Shown piece by piece: positions 55,385 through 56,239 of a stretch of DNA of 56,239 nucleotides. Under the pieces are notes generated by a model. The model saw only the letters and a program-made list of their open reading frames with translations. It was not told where the DNA came from and did no database searches. Each line of letters starts with the position of its first letter. The stretch's first letter is position 1. The translations under genes and the position numbers were made by a program. The stretch comes from a virus (lineage: Duplodnaviria; Caudoviricetes). The stretch spans positions 1 to 56,239 of the IMG/VR virus record IMGVR_UViG_3300049927_000161; one strand, given 5' to 3'.

Positions 55385-55706
55385 TTGCCTCACTTGCCTC
55401 ACTCTGCCTCACTTGTACAAAAAATATCAGGCAAAAAAACTGTAGTAGAAACAAGGATGCCTCACTTGCCTCACTTGCCTCACTTATTTTTTAATAATAA
55501 TAATAATAATAATAATAAAGGAAGGAGTGTGGTGTGGCTGGCTAACGCTTCCCCTGTGTGAGTGTGAGGCATGAGGCATGACGACGTGGCTCTTCCTGGG
55601 CGATAACCCAAAAAGGGGTGAGGCAAGTGAGGCAAGTGAGGCACCGTTGTTTCTACTGAAGTTTTTTCGAGGTCGAAGTGAGGCAAGTAGTGAGGCAAGT
55701 GAGGCA
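55385..55706. repeat. Inverted iteron array (TGCCTCAC / GTGAGGCA) around an AT-rich core; putative replication origin
   Basis: 6 forward copies (55386-55483), (TAA)9 at 55492-55518, and 7 full plus 1 partial inverted copies (55564-55706). Confidence 0.8.
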
Positions 55707-56224
55707 AAACGGTAATTTTTGAACACTTGCTAGAAACTCTCAATAACAAGGCGTTATTGAGTAAGACAATACTACAACAAGTATTTATTTAACACAAATA
55801 GTAATATTTATTTTACATTTAAGTGCAATATTCTCCTTATAAACTATTTACTTCTACGTATGTATGTGCTAGCTATAACAAATAGAACATTAATAATACA
55901 AATATAGTGCATTAATAATACAATTGTACATAAATAATATATATATATAGTATATCAAATGTACAATATGTACATATAATAAACTAGAGCACACTTTTAA
56001 TCATATTGCAATACACAAATAATATACATATGACACAATAATATACACATGAAAGAATAATACACTATCTACAACACGTTAAATTTGTCCTACATTAAGC
56101 GATAATTTTAGACGTAAAAAAATATAGAAGACACAGAGATCGTTGCACAGTGAGGCTGTGCTGCTACCACAGTGGCATTTCTACGCTGATCAATTAAGGT
56201 ACTGCTGACCGAATTTTGACCGGC

Positions 56225-56239
56225 ATTCTCTTTGGGACT
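56225..56239. repeat. Terminal direct repeat, right copy
   Basis: Identical to 1-15. Confidence 0.9.

Noticed and set aside
55385-55706. CRISPR array
   Set aside because: Repeats are 8-9 bp, tandem and inverted, with no unique 30-40-bp spacers and no cas genes.
55480-55749. ORFs 55480-55749 and 55484-55726 (PHL/ASL repeats, poly-L/poly-I)
   Set aside because: They are translations of the iterons and the (TAA)9 tract, with no SD; likely spurious.
1-56239. Alternative genetic code (stop-codon reassignment)
   Set aside because: Core genes are full length under code 11, and TAA, TAG and TGA all serve as stops at tightly coupled gene junctions.

Overview
This window looks like a complete ~56.2 kb AT-rich tailed-phage genome (myovirus-type): the first and last 15 nt are identical. 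Left arm (+, 0.8-24 kb): a lambda-like head and packaging module (TerS, GpA-type TerL, gpW, portal, S49 protease, decoration protein, major capsid E) joined to a Mu-like contractile tail and baseplate, with a -1 frameshifted tail chaperone. It is followed by a 1269-aa fibre-like protein carrying a signal peptide, an outer-membrane beta-barrel and an unannotated 31-aa histone-H1-like peptide. Middle (-, 25-40.8 kb): replication genes (nuclease, SNF2-like helicase with altered motifs, DnaE-type Pol III alpha, RecD/Dda-like helicase, DnaQ exonuclease) with a tightly coupled nucleotide-metabolism cassette (FAD oxidoreductase, variant ThyX, HAD phosphatase, SDR, Nmad/DUF1599-like) that suggests an uncharacterised DNA base-modification pathway. 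A divergent primase-SF3 helicase follows (+). Right arm (-, 43.5-55 kb): many small paralogous early genes, two eukaryote-like single-pass membrane proteins, a cluster of three tRNA-shaped RNAs with very large inserts (52.26-53.11 kb), and an inverted iteron array (likely origin) near the right end. No integrase, endolysin or CRISPR array was recognised. All product calls come from motif and synteny recognition by eye, not database searches.
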